Shown here: piece by piece, positions 51,701-59,868 of the stretch | Layout of the letters: each line of letters starts with the position of its first letter | How positions within the stretch are numbered: position 1 is the stretch's first letter | Origin: a virus | Lineage: Duplodnaviria; Caudoviricetes | DNA length: 64,000 bases | Virus record (IMG/VR): IMGVR_UViG_2910822364_000002 | Location: 16,849-80,848 of that record | Strand: one strand, 5' to 3' | Program-made: the position numbers and the translations under genes | The notes under the pieces: model-generated | The model's input: the letters and a program-made list of their open reading frames with translations, nothing else | What the model was told of the DNA's origin: nothing | Database searches by the model: none

Positions 51701-54167
51701 AAATCTTGTCACGTTCGAAGATCTGAAAGCTAAGGCACAGCAAGGTGGTATACAGGTACCGGACTATTTAGCAAATGCGATCACATCTGGTAGTGGAAAA
51801 CCGAAAGAAGCAGCGGCCGCATTAAGTCGTATGATTTCTTTCCAGGAAGCAATAACAAAAGCAGGAATTGATGGATCTAAGATTCCAACAGAACTTGCAA
51901 CGAAAGTTGCACAAGGAAAGACGCCGGTTCAAGATGCAATCAAAGAACTAACAAAGATAGACTTATCCGGAGATCAGAATGCATTTGGTCTTACAAAAGC
52001 TATTGATAGTACGGCACAAAAGACAAAAAGCCAGGCAACAAAGATAAAAAACAGTTTAAAAATCGGCAAGGTAGATAATTCAGCTGCAGCAAGCTCATTT
52101 GATGCTATTGCAACCAAAACAGGAAAAGCGGCTACTACAGTTAAGAAAAATAGTACAGCAATCAAAAAAGCAAGTAAGATTACTGCTACGAATAATTCAA
52201 GTGCCGGAGTTCAATCGTTTAATAGTTATTTATCTTCTTTTTCAAAGGGATCTGGTAAAGCAAAATCAGCCGCAGATAAAATCAGCAAAACAACCGCAAC
52301 AGGGCTTGCTTCTGGTTCAGGAAAAGCAAAAACAGCCGGCGGAAAGATGACATCGGAATTTTCTAAAGGAATTGCATCGAAGTCTGGAACAGCAAAATCT
52401 GCCGGTTCAAAAGTATCTAAAGCAGGTTCTTCCGGAGCAAGTGCGCAGAAATCTTCTTTTGTATCCGTTGGTGGTAATTTATCTCTTGGATTAGCATCTG
52501 GCATCAGATCAAACTCTGATGCTGTATCAGCAGCCGCAAGAGAAGCAGTAAGAGCTGCAGTTGCAGCCGCAAAAGCAGAAGGTAAGATCCATTCCCCATC
52601 CCGCGTCATGGAGTCTGACGTAGGAAAATGGATGCCGTTAGGAATGGCAGCAGGTATCAGAAAGCATATAAAAGATGTGGAAGATGCTTCTGGAGAGATG
52701 GCTAACGCATCGGTAGAAGCTACAGCAACAGCTTTAGGAATCCATTCTCCATCTCGTGTATATAAAGATGCGATTGGCAAGAATATTCCAAAAGGTGTGG
52801 CAAAGGGTGTTAGAGAAGGGCAGACAGAACTCAATGCAGAAATGAAGTTATCTGTAAATGAAGCATTATCTGCAGCTAAGAGTGCGTCGAAAAAAGGAAA
52901 TTATTCCGATATTGGGAACAACTTAGTATCTGGTATATCCGAAGCACTCAACACAGCCAAGTCAAGATCATCAGAAACTGTACAAGAGATTATTGATCAG
53001 CAAACAAGTAAAGTTTCTTCGAAGCACGATACAACAGAGAAAAATCTTCAAGATAAGATCAGTAAGACAAAAAATAAAAAGAAAAAAGCAAAACTAAAAA
53101 AACAGCTGAAAAAGTTAAAGAAGCAGAATGCTGCAGAAGAAAAGCAATTAAAAATTGCAGGAGAAAAAACGGCAGCAGCTTACAATGATGCTTTTGAGAA
53201 AGAAGCTGATCGATTAAACAAGATTGCACAGGAAAAGTTACAAGACTTATCTGATGAATATCAGGAAGCGTATAACAACATCAAGAGCAAGATGGACAGT
53301 TTAACTGATAAACAGCAATCTTGGGGAAATATCTATAACCTTGATCAGAATATCATGGACATTGAAAAGTATCAAAAGAACTTGAAGTTGCTAGAAAACA
53401 AGATTCCTGAGTCTATGATGGAAAAGATTCTCGGAATGGATATTGATGCAGGAAACGCTTATATGGCATGGTTCCAGCATATGTCAGAAACTGAACAGCA
53501 GGCTTACATTAATAAGTGGAATCAGCAGCAGAATATGTCCAAAACATTTTCTGAAAACTTCTTTGGAGATGATCTCGCAAAACTTCAGGCAAATTATGAA
53601 TCTGAAATGAAAACAGTAACGGATGATCTGCAGAAAGAGATGAAACAGGCAGGAGTTAATATTGCCAAGGGATTAACTGCAGGTATGGAAAGCGAAACCA
53701 GAAACCTCAGCAAATCCATGAAGAAAATCTGTCAGAATATTATTAAGACAGCCAAAAAGACACTTAAGATTCATTCCCCATCTCGAGAATTTGCAAAGAT
53801 TGGTTCTTATGATATTCAGGGAGCAATCAAAGGACATGAAAAAGAAGCGCCAAATCTGTATAAACAAATGGGAACGATTTCTCAGAACATGGCACAGAAA
53901 TTTGCGAAAGCGAAGTTGAATGTTCAAGATATTCAGTCAAGGATGCAGGATGCGATCAACCTGCAGATGCAGACGATCACAACAAGGATGCAGCCAGTTG
54001 TGCAGGCAGATTCATCTGATGGAGCGCCATCAGTAGTTTATACTGGACCAGAACGAATTGAAGTTCCAGTGATCGTAGATGGACGAGAAATTACAAGAAT
54101 GATTGCTCCGTATATGGATACAGAGCTGAATACGATTGCAACCAGAAAATCAAGAGGAGGTGTGTAA
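48729..54167 (+). CDS. Tail tape measure protein
   Basis: 1812 aa Ala/Lys-rich; TP901-type core (GATTKFSA.E.A.AL.YMAMAGW), IHSPSR motifs. Confidence 0.95.
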   Translation: MADGTVTIETKLDNSGAEKGLNDLKKEVESSSKSTAQEIDKASDQAQKSVEEVAKSAEKTGKQVEKSAKDSASKAGQAAKQGADSAAKGTESASTKMQQSHKKVKDTAKESADGAKKSWEESNQSTVASTESATSKMAGLMKKSAAVIGVASVAAAKKTIDVGKSFEAGMSEVQAISGASGKDLKKLSAKAKQMGATTKFSATESATALKYMAMAGWKTNQMVSGLSGVMNLAAASGEDLGTVSDIVTDSMTAFGLKAKDSGHFADVLAKASSSSNTNVAMMGETFKYVAPLAGSMKYSIEDTATAVGLMANAGIKGSQAGTELRSILTRLVKPPKDAAAALSALGISTTKADGSMKPMRQTMAELREKFSRLTDSQKSQYAAAIAGQEAMSGLLAIVNASDSDFNKLQKAIDNSSGAAKKQADVMNNNLQGALYDLGSAAEAVGIGIYEDIKTPLTKAVGVGTKQLRILSNKLKKGGIKEIVPKEAINTVENLGKVAMVAGKGGVKVLATSTKLLGDNMGVVIPLATSFMGAWAGVKVFNTASKGVTALTTAFSALKTMEQANAITLVAQQGGLTALQTVVGIFTGKISLATVATGAFNAACTALGGPVGLGVVAVGALVAGVAAYTLTQKKAVTKADRYYSSCTKLKKKQEEMAASIKSLHKENQKNVDSARANGVQADQLYQKLTKLMNVEHKSAGTKAQIVSVVKQLNELLPGLNLEYDKEADKLNKSTSTIKKNIAALKEQAMAKAYQKGMESAASKVAKADIENEKAIKKKTEATNKYNAAVEKMNQVTAKVNQGKITTSSDEYKKASNDLTKYYDAMMTANKAVEQSGKNLNAAQKELTAYTDKYTAQANYTEYLKSLDDLAKQAKIKASVIPKSVGEGIKQGVYANPTSGKELKSLIKLDDLVNSDQLAKMQEQGMKIPQYLSKGISDGSISFKSAAKQMQNAINWTDLIQKAKDAGVKVPDSVAQGISSGQYAVPTSVQAVKNLVTFEDLKAKAQQGGIQVPDYLANAITSGSGKPKEAAAALSRMISFQEAITKAGIDGSKIPTELATKVAQGKTPVQDAIKELTKIDLSGDQNAFGLTKAIDSTAQKTKSQATKIKNSLKIGKVDNSAAASSFDAIATKTGKAATTVKKNSTAIKKASKITATNNSSAGVQSFNSYLSSFSKGSGKAKSAADKISKTTATGLASGSGKAKTAGGKMTSEFSKGIASKSGTAKSAGSKVSKAGSSGASAQKSSFVSVGGNLSLGLASGIRSNSDAVSAAAREAVRAAVAAAKAEGKIHSPSRVMESDVGKWMPLGMAAGIRKHIKDVEDASGEMANASVEATATALGIHSPSRVYKDAIGKNIPKGVAKGVREGQTELNAEMKLSVNEALSAAKSASKKGNYSDIGNNLVSGISEALNTAKSRSSETVQEIIDQQTSKVSSKHDTTEKNLQDKISKTKNKKKKAKLKKQLKKLKKQNAAEEKQLKIAGEKTAAAYNDAFEKEADRLNKIAQEKLQDLSDEYQEAYNNIKSKMDSLTDKQQSWGNIYNLDQNIMDIEKYQKNLKLLENKIPESMMEKILGMDIDAGNAYMAWFQHMSETEQQAYINKWNQQQNMSKTFSENFFGDDLAKLQANYESEMKTVTDDLQKEMKQAGVNIAKGLTAGMESETRNLSKSMKKICQNIIKTAKKTLKIHSPSREFAKIGSYDIQGAIKGHEKEAPNLYKQMGTISQNMAQKFAKAKLNVQDIQSRMQDAINLQMQTITTRMQPVVQADSSDGAPSVVYTGPERIEVPVIVDGREITRMIAPYMDTELNTIATRKSRGGV

Positions 54168-54168
54168 A

Positions 54169-54882
54169 ATGGCAGGCGGAGCATTAGGAGTAATGATTGG
54201 AGAAAAACATACATTGAGAGATTGGAACCTTGGATGGACTGCGATCACTCTTGGTTTTCCAGAGCCAAAAACTTATGAACAGGATATTCCAGGGGCAGAC
54301 GGAACACTGGATATCACAGAAGCAATTACTGGTGGAGATGTGAAGTATAAAAACCGAAACATCTCTTTAGAGTTTGAAACTCCGGACGAAGATTTCTTTC
54401 AGTGGGGAATGTGTATTTCTGAAATTGCAAATTATCTTGTGGGTAAGAGGGTGAAGATCATATTCGATACAGATCCTAGTTTTTATTATATTGGAAGACT
54501 CACAATTGATGTTGAAAAAACTGACAGAGTAAATGGAAAACTTGTGATTTCAGGAGATGTCGATCCGTATAAGTATGAAAGATATTCATCCCTTGAAGAC
54601 TGGAAATGGGATACCTTTAATTTTGAAACAGATATTATAAGAGAATATAAGGATATTAAAGTCGATGGAGAGTATCAGTTATGTATTTCAGGAAGAAGAA
54701 AACGAGTCATTCCAGTGATTGAATGTAATACGGCAATGAAAGTCAGTTTCAATGATACGGAATATTCACTTCTCGCAGGTAGAAATAAAGTATTTAACAT
54801 CTGGTTGACGGAAGGAGATAATATTTTAACGTTCAAAGGAACTGGCGTTATTTCAATCGATTATCGAGGAGGCAGTTTGTAA
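54169..54882 (+). CDS. Distal tail protein (Dit)
   Basis: After TMP; IPGADG.LD.TE; WDTFNFE. Confidence 0.8.
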   Translation: MAGGALGVMIGEKHTLRDWNLGWTAITLGFPEPKTYEQDIPGADGTLDITEAITGGDVKYKNRNISLEFETPDEDFFQWGMCISEIANYLVGKRVKIIFDTDPSFYYIGRLTIDVEKTDRVNGKLVISGDVDPYKYERYSSLEDWKWDTFNFETDIIREYKDIKVDGEYQLCISGRRKRVIPVIECNTAMKVSFNDTEYSLLAGRNKVFNIWLTEGDNILTFKGTGVISIDYRGGSL

Positions 54883-56100
54883 ATGTATAGAATATTGTGT
54901 GATGGGAAAGTGCTGCATGATATTCGTGATCCGGATTATCAAGTGCTTTCACCGAAAATTTCATTGGAGTTAAACAAAACGGGGAATCTAGATTTTGGTA
55001 TGCTTTCAACACATCCTCATGTAAATGGCATAAACAAATTAAAATCTAAGATCGAAGTGTATGAGGATGATGAATTATTGTTTTCTGGAAGAAGTCTGAC
55101 AAATGAACAAGACTTCAAAAACACTGGCCAGATTTCCTGTGAAGGGGAGCTTGCTTTTTTGTTAGATTCAGTACAACGTGCACATGATTATGGTACCGAA
55201 ACAACAGAAATAGGTCAGGCAGATACAAATGTCAAAATATTCAAAAGGCTAATTGAAGAACATAACGCGCAGGTAGAAGAAGAAAAGCGTTTTACAATTG
55301 GAGTAATTGATATAGATAGCGTAACCATTACAAAATTGTCTACGAACTATGAAAAGACATGGGATTTTCTTAGTTCTAATTTTTTAGGTAAATATGACGG
55401 CTATCTTCGAGTAAGGCATGAAAACGGAATCCGATATCTTGACTATGTAAAACAATATGGGAAAGTAAGTAATCAAGTGATCCGCTTTGGAGAGAATCTG
55501 CTTGATCTAAAGAAGTATTCGAAGGCAGAAGATATTAAAACAGCGATCATCCCGCTGGGAGCAGTTGTTGATAATAAAAATGTCGATATTAAAGCGGCAA
55601 ATGGCCATGATGGGACAGATTATGTATATAACCAAGAAGCGGTAAATTTATATGGATGGATTTATGATAAGGTTGATTTTTCGGATATTTATGATCCAGA
55701 CACATTATTAGAAGAAGCCAAGAAATATCTGCAAACGTGTATCAATCTGGCAATTACAATTGAACTTACTGCAGTGGATCTTCATATGATTGATGTAGAT
55801 ATAAATTCTATCAGGTTGGGAGATCTTGTTCCTTGTATTTCGACACAACACGGAATCATGAGTACGTTTGGAGATGTGAGTACGTATTATCTTGTAAGTA
55901 AATATGAACTAGATCTTGAGAATCCAACAAATAATAAAATAACTCTTGGAAGAACAATCAGTACATTGACAGACAAACAGGTAAACGATTCTGTAAATTT
56001 AAAGGCTCAGATAAGTGAAGTTAGAACAGAAATGTACAACCTTCCAGGATTAAGCCTGGAACCAATCACAAATGAAGTTTTAGAGGGAATCTTAAATTAA
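54883..56100 (+). CDS. Tail-associated protein (Tal/prophage endopeptidase-like)
   Basis: After Dit; FG.NLLD...TAIIPLG...YGWI. Confidence 0.8.
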   Translation: MYRILCDGKVLHDIRDPDYQVLSPKISLELNKTGNLDFGMLSTHPHVNGINKLKSKIEVYEDDELLFSGRSLTNEQDFKNTGQISCEGELAFLLDSVQRAHDYGTETTEIGQADTNVKIFKRLIEEHNAQVEEEKRFTIGVIDIDSVTITKLSTNYEKTWDFLSSNFLGKYDGYLRVRHENGIRYLDYVKQYGKVSNQVIRFGENLLDLKKYSKAEDIKTAIIPLGAVVDNKNVDIKAANGHDGTDYVYNQEAVNLYGWIYDKVDFSDIYDPDTLLEEAKKYLQTCINLAITIELTAVDLHMIDVDINSIRLGDLVPCISTQHGIMSTFGDVSTYYLVSKYELDLENPTNNKITLGRTISTLTDKQVNDSVNLKAQISEVRTEMYNLPGLSLEPITNEVLEGILN

Positions 56101-56111
56101 AGGAGAAAACA

Positions 56112-56882
56112 ATGGCAGATAATAATTATCTTGATCAAAACGGAGTCTTATATCTCTGGCAGAAGATAGTAGCAAAGATAACGAATATGATCGCAAATAA
56201 AGTAGACAAAGTAGATGGCAAAGGATTATCTACAAATGATTATACAACAGCAGAAAAAACAAAGCTTGCAGGAATCGCAGAAGGAGCGAATAAATATACG
56301 CACCCTACGACAAGCGGAAACAAACATATTCCATCTGGTGGTAGTGCTGGACAGATCTTAAGATGGGATTCGGATGGTACTGCAGTATGGGGTGCAGATA
56401 ATAATAATACCACGTATAGCGATATGAAAGGAGCAACCACATCCGCAGCAGGTACACACGGATTGGCACCAGCACCTGCAGCAGGTGCAGCTAATAGGTA
56501 TTTAAGATCAGACGGAACATGGAGTGTTCCGCCTGATAACAATACGACATACAATGATGCGACGCAATCTTCACATGGGCTTATGACTGCGGCAGATAAA
56601 AAGAAGATCGATGAGTTACCAACAAATGCAACGCTATCAAGTACATATGCAAAGAAATCTGAAATCACAGGTGTTTATAAATACAAAGGATCCGTGGCAA
56701 CAGAAGATAAATTACCAACATCTGGACAAACAACAGGAGATGTTTACGATATTGCAGCAGCATCATCTTATGGAGCTGCAGGGATGAATGTTGCATGGAA
56801 TGGAAAAGCGTGGGATGCTCTAGGGGAAAAATTTCAGATTGCTGCAATTACAAATACATGGATGGACGCAAATCTTACATAA
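56112..56882 (+). CDS. Fibre-like minor structural protein
   Basis: KVDKVDGKGLSTNDYT..EK.KL.GI; YTHP; repeated TTY.(D/N)..AT motifs. Confidence 0.7.
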   Translation: MADNNYLDQNGVLYLWQKIVAKITNMIANKVDKVDGKGLSTNDYTTAEKTKLAGIAEGANKYTHPTTSGNKHIPSGGSAGQILRWDSDGTAVWGADNNNTTYSDMKGATTSAAGTHGLAPAPAAGAANRYLRSDGTWSVPPDNNTTYNDATQSSHGLMTAADKKKIDELPTNATLSSTYAKKSEITGVYKYKGSVATEDKLPTSGQTTGDVYDIAAASSYGAAGMNVAWNGKAWDALGEKFQIAAITNTWMDANLT

Positions 56883-56888
56883 AGGACG

Positions 56889-57272
56889 GTGTTTAATGTG
56901 GCAAGTTATTTAGATGAAACAGGGCTTTTAAAGCTGTGGAATAAAATAAAAAACTATGTGAGTAATCACACAGGAAACAAAAACAATCCTCACGGAGTCA
57001 CAAAGTCTCAAGTAGGATTAGGAAGTGTTGAAAATAAATCCAGTGCAACAATCAGAGGAGAAATAACGGCATCAAACGTAAACACAGCGTTAGGTTATAC
57101 GGCTGCAAAACAGACAGACGCAAATAAGGCGATTACAGGAATTTCTGCGAGCGGAACAACTCTTGTATTGACACAATTAGATGGAACAACAAAATACGTA
57201 ACGGCAGAGCTTGTAAAGGGACAGATGATCTATTGCTGCAGTAACAGTGAGGATCAGATTTATTGCTGTTAA
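56889..57272 (+). CDS. Fibre-like minor structural protein
   Basis: H.GNKNNPHGVTKSQVGLG.VENKS repeat typical of phage fibres. Confidence 0.7.
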   Translation: MFNVASYLDETGLLKLWNKIKNYVSNHTGNKNNPHGVTKSQVGLGSVENKSSATIRGEITASNVNTALGYTAAKQTDANKAITGISASGTTLVLTQLDGTTKYVTAELVKGQMIYCCSNSEDQIYCC

Positions 57273-57290
57273 ATGAAAGGAGAAATAATA

Positions 57291-57695
57291 ATGGCATACA
57301 CAAAGAAAACATGGGTAAAAGGAAATACGCCTTTATCCGCAGAAAATTTTAATCATATGGAGCAGGGAATTGCAGATGCACACACAGATATTGCGCAGCT
57401 AAATTCTGAAAGAGCATTTTTATCAAAAGTATTTTCTGGAACAAGCAACAAAATGATTTACTGGCAAAGATGTCAGTCTGAAATTGCAAAAGCATTAGGC
57501 ATGCAAATATCAGACATAAATAACGAAAAGTTATATATAGCAGCTTGCAACGGTGATTGGAATGCGTATCAAGGTCTGGTAACAGGTGCTGCTTTACAAT
57601 GGGATAATACAAATTTAAATATAAACATAGGATTATCCAGTGATACAAACGGTGCTGTTAGGATTAATTTTATGATTTATCGTAAATTAAATTAA
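57291..57695 (+). CDS. Expressed tail-fibre/receptor-binding gene: 35-aa constant part + cassette A
   Basis: AGGAGA RBS; N-terminus MAYTKKTWVKGNTPLSAENFNHMEQGI; site 1 at codons 36-40 (QLNSE); cassette A 57396-57695 (99 aa). Confidence 0.85.
   Translation: MAYTKKTWVKGNTPLSAENFNHMEQGIADAHTDIAQLNSERAFLSKVFSGTSNKMIYWQRCQSEIAKALGMQISDINNEKLYIAACNGDWNAYQGLVTGAALQWDNTNLNINIGLSSDTNGAVRINFMIYRKLN
57396..57409 (+). repeat. Shufflon site S1 CAGCTAAATTCTGA
   Basis: Identical 14-mer at four places in 2.5 kb; in frame as QLNS. Confidence 0.9.
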
Positions 57696-58030
57696 TCTAT
57701 ATCATATACTATGGAGGTATATACACATGTTGAGTACACTGTAGGAAAATATATTGTTATATCACCATTTGTGTCAATTTTAACAGCACCAATATTATTA
57801 AAATTAACATCATCATCGGTATAGCAAGCCGATCCGCATTTTATTTTAGGTCTAAAACCTTCTGGAACAAAAAAACAAGTTGTAATCCCAACACTAGGAG
57901 AATTGCAATGGAAATATCCATTTATATATACTTTTCCATTATGTTTATAACTGTTTCCGGTGAATGCATATTTTGAATCTATGCTAGTAATTGTAAATTC
58001 TATTCTGTTATTTAAGTCAGAATTTAGCTG
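57692..58030 (-). other. Silent cassette B (112 aa, QLNSDLNNRIEF...VYDID)
   Basis: Open frame from S2 to a TAA overlapping cassette A stop (shared TTAA 57692-57695); GKVYINGY...VPEGFRP...IDTNGDI resembles fibre/RBP head domains; no own RBS/start. Confidence 0.85.
58017..58030 (-). repeat. Shufflon site S2
   Basis: TCAGAATTTAGCTG = reverse complement of S1. Confidence 0.9.
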
Positions 58031-58100
58031 CGGAAGTCTACGAATCCTCCGCAGCGGAAAAGAGTATAATGCACACATAACACACAAAGGAGAAAGTATT

Positions 58101-59096
58101 ATGCGTGACAGAATTATAAGTAACGTGCTAATCAAAATGGGCAATAGAATCAAGAAAAAAGAGCTAGATTATCTTGAAAATGTGTTGGTAGAAGAGTTCC
58201 AAGATGTACAGATTAAGAAAGAATCGACGGAATTGACGGAATACAATGACAGTTTAAGGAAGCTGAAAGATACGTTCCTTGCGACGCTGATTGTAGAAAA
58301 TAAATCCAACAGAACGATTGAACAGTATAATTTACATCTAACGCAGTTTGTAGATTATTTCACTGGAAAAGAAGCAAAAGACATAGATGCAACCGATATT
58401 AGGGGATTTCTATATGCGTATAAGCAAAGCAGAGGCATATCAAATTTATCATTAAACAATAAGCGATCAGCGATATCCTCGTTTTTTAGTTGGCTGGCTG
58501 ATGAGGAGTACATCGACAAAGATCCAACTCGAAAAATTAAGAAGATCAAAGTAACAAAGAAAAAGAAGAAGGCGTTTACAGTTGATGAAATGGAACGTAT
58601 GCGTATAGCATGTACGGATATTCGTGATCGGGCGTTGATAGAGATGTTAGCATCCACAGGTTGTCGTGTCTCAGAACTAAGCAGTATAAAGCTAAACGAT
58701 ATAGATTTTATTCGAAAGAAAGTGCGGATCACTGGTAAAGGAGATAAAGAGCGAACGGTGTTTATATCAGATCAGGCAATGATTTATCTGAATAGATATT
58801 TAGAAGCCAGACAAGATAATAACATTTCACTTTTTGTTTCTAAGAGGCATCCATATGATCAATTAAGAAAAGACGGAATCGAGCGAATTGTAAGAGATTT
58901 AGGAAAATTATGTAATGTATATGCACATCCGCATAAATTCCGACGGACGTTATGTACGCAATTGATTAAGCGAGGCATGCCGCTTCAGGATGTTGCGATC
59001 TTGTTAGGTCATGCAGACATTAATATGACTGCCGGTACATACTATGATGCTTCAGACGATATGATTGAATATGAATATATTCGTTATGCAGCTTAA
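58101..59096 (+). CDS. Tyrosine recombinase (XerD/Rci-like), putative shufflon invertase
   Basis: AAGGAGA RBS; SAM-like N-domain; TGCRVSEL, GKGDKER, HPHKFRR, LGHA, TYY catalytic set; 331 aa. Confidence 0.93.
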   Translation: MRDRIISNVLIKMGNRIKKKELDYLENVLVEEFQDVQIKKESTELTEYNDSLRKLKDTFLATLIVENKSNRTIEQYNLHLTQFVDYFTGKEAKDIDATDIRGFLYAYKQSRGISNLSLNNKRSAISSFFSWLADEEYIDKDPTRKIKKIKVTKKKKKAFTVDEMERMRIACTDIRDRALIEMLASTGCRVSELSSIKLNDIDFIRKKVRITGKGDKERTVFISDQAMIYLNRYLEARQDNNISLFVSKRHPYDQLRKDGIERIVRDLGKLCNVYAHPHKFRRTLCTQLIKRGMPLQDVAILLGHADINMTAGTYYDASDDMIEYEYIRYAA

Positions 59097-59235
59097 AGAA
59101 TAATAATCAATCTAATATAAACTATTAAATCTGCTTAAAAGGGAAGGAGATTTTATTTTTATGCAAAAAATTAAATTTAGGAGCAGATCTCCGTGCATTT
59201 ATTTCGAAAAAGACAAAAAATAAACAGCAACAGCA

Positions 59236-59249
59236 CAGCTAAATTCTGA
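59236..59249 (+). repeat. Shufflon site S3
   Basis: CAGCTAAATTCTGA; shares 23 bp (GCAACAGCA + core) with S4 in inverted orientation. Confidence 0.9.
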
Positions 59250-59562
59250 TAAGGCTTGGAAAAGAATTTTTGATGGAAAAATATCCGAATCTTTTATCAT
59301 TCCGAGTAAATATAGAGAGATAGTAATCCAGATAACAATTGGATATACGAATTCTACGGATATTACGCTTCCTGAAATATACATTAATGATTTGAACACA
59401 TGGTGGAATAAAATTACATCTTATCGATATAATGATGCTTACAACGCTTGTATTTTAATGAATTATAACAGTGGAAATAAACAACTTAGAATGAACGAAA
59501 CATGGTTTGTTTGTAATCCGTCAAGTGATAATATATCCTATATCGTCTATGGACGTCAGTAA
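59236..59562 (+). other. Silent cassette C (108 aa, QLNSDKAWKRIFDGK...YIVYGRQ)
   Basis: Hand-translated stop-free frame from S3 to TAA 59560-59562; in-frame TAA at 59221 upstream, so no start of its own; absent from the ORF track. Confidence 0.85.
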
Positions 59563-59569
59563 ACATTTT

Positions 59570-59845
59570 TTAATTCCACAAGAAGTTTTCTTTGATCCAT
59601 ACAAGATCACAGCCAATTTTTTGGTTTTGTGGATAACTATTATTTGTCCATAATACATAACAATTCTCGTTGTTAACCTCCTGAGATATTGCTTCAACAC
59701 GTATGTAACCAGTGTCATATACATGCAATATCGCAGAACTCAAGCGATAACCTTGTTTACGATCAACATAAAAATAGTTGTTTCCAGTACCGTTCAATTC
59801 GGCATATTGAGTTACAAATGCATTTTTTAAGTCAGAATTTAGCTG
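59570..59845 (-). other. Silent cassette D (91 aa, QLNSDLKNAFVTQY...KENFLWN)
   Basis: Open frame from S4, tail-to-tail with cassette C (7-nt gap). Confidence 0.85.
59832..59845 (-). repeat. Shufflon site S4
   Basis: TCAGAATTTAGCTG; shares CTTAAA downstream flank with S2. Confidence 0.9.
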
Positions 59846-59868
59846 TGCTGTTGCGGAAAGGAAAAAAT

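Noticed and set aside
330-53927. Numerous minus-strand and off-frame ORFs overlapping ICE and phage structural genes
   Set aside because: No RBS or recognisable motifs; explained as shadows of the strongly supported genes.
55643-55657. 15-bp match to the attR region (TAAATTTATATGGAT), plus a 10-bp match at 54111
   Set aside because: AT-rich, inside coding genes, no arm repeats nearby; likely chance.
57960-58100. 47-codon N-terminal extension of the recombinase ORF in the track
   Set aside because: Runs across cassette B and S2; the AAGGAGA RBS points to ATG 58101.
58031-58153. Apparent hydrophobic N-terminus for cassette B (track ORF 57692-58153)
   Set aside because: Antisense to the recombinase start, no RBS; coding-like sequence begins at the QLNS site. 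Same reasoning for the extension of cassette D to 59938.
59086-59140. Possible fifth shufflon site (GCAGCTTAAAGAAT) at the recombinase stop
   Set aside because: Only CAGCT matches; no CTG arm and no following open cassette.
59199-59724. Track ORFs 59199-59399 (-) and 59521-59724 (+)
   Set aside because: Antisense shadows of cassettes C and D.
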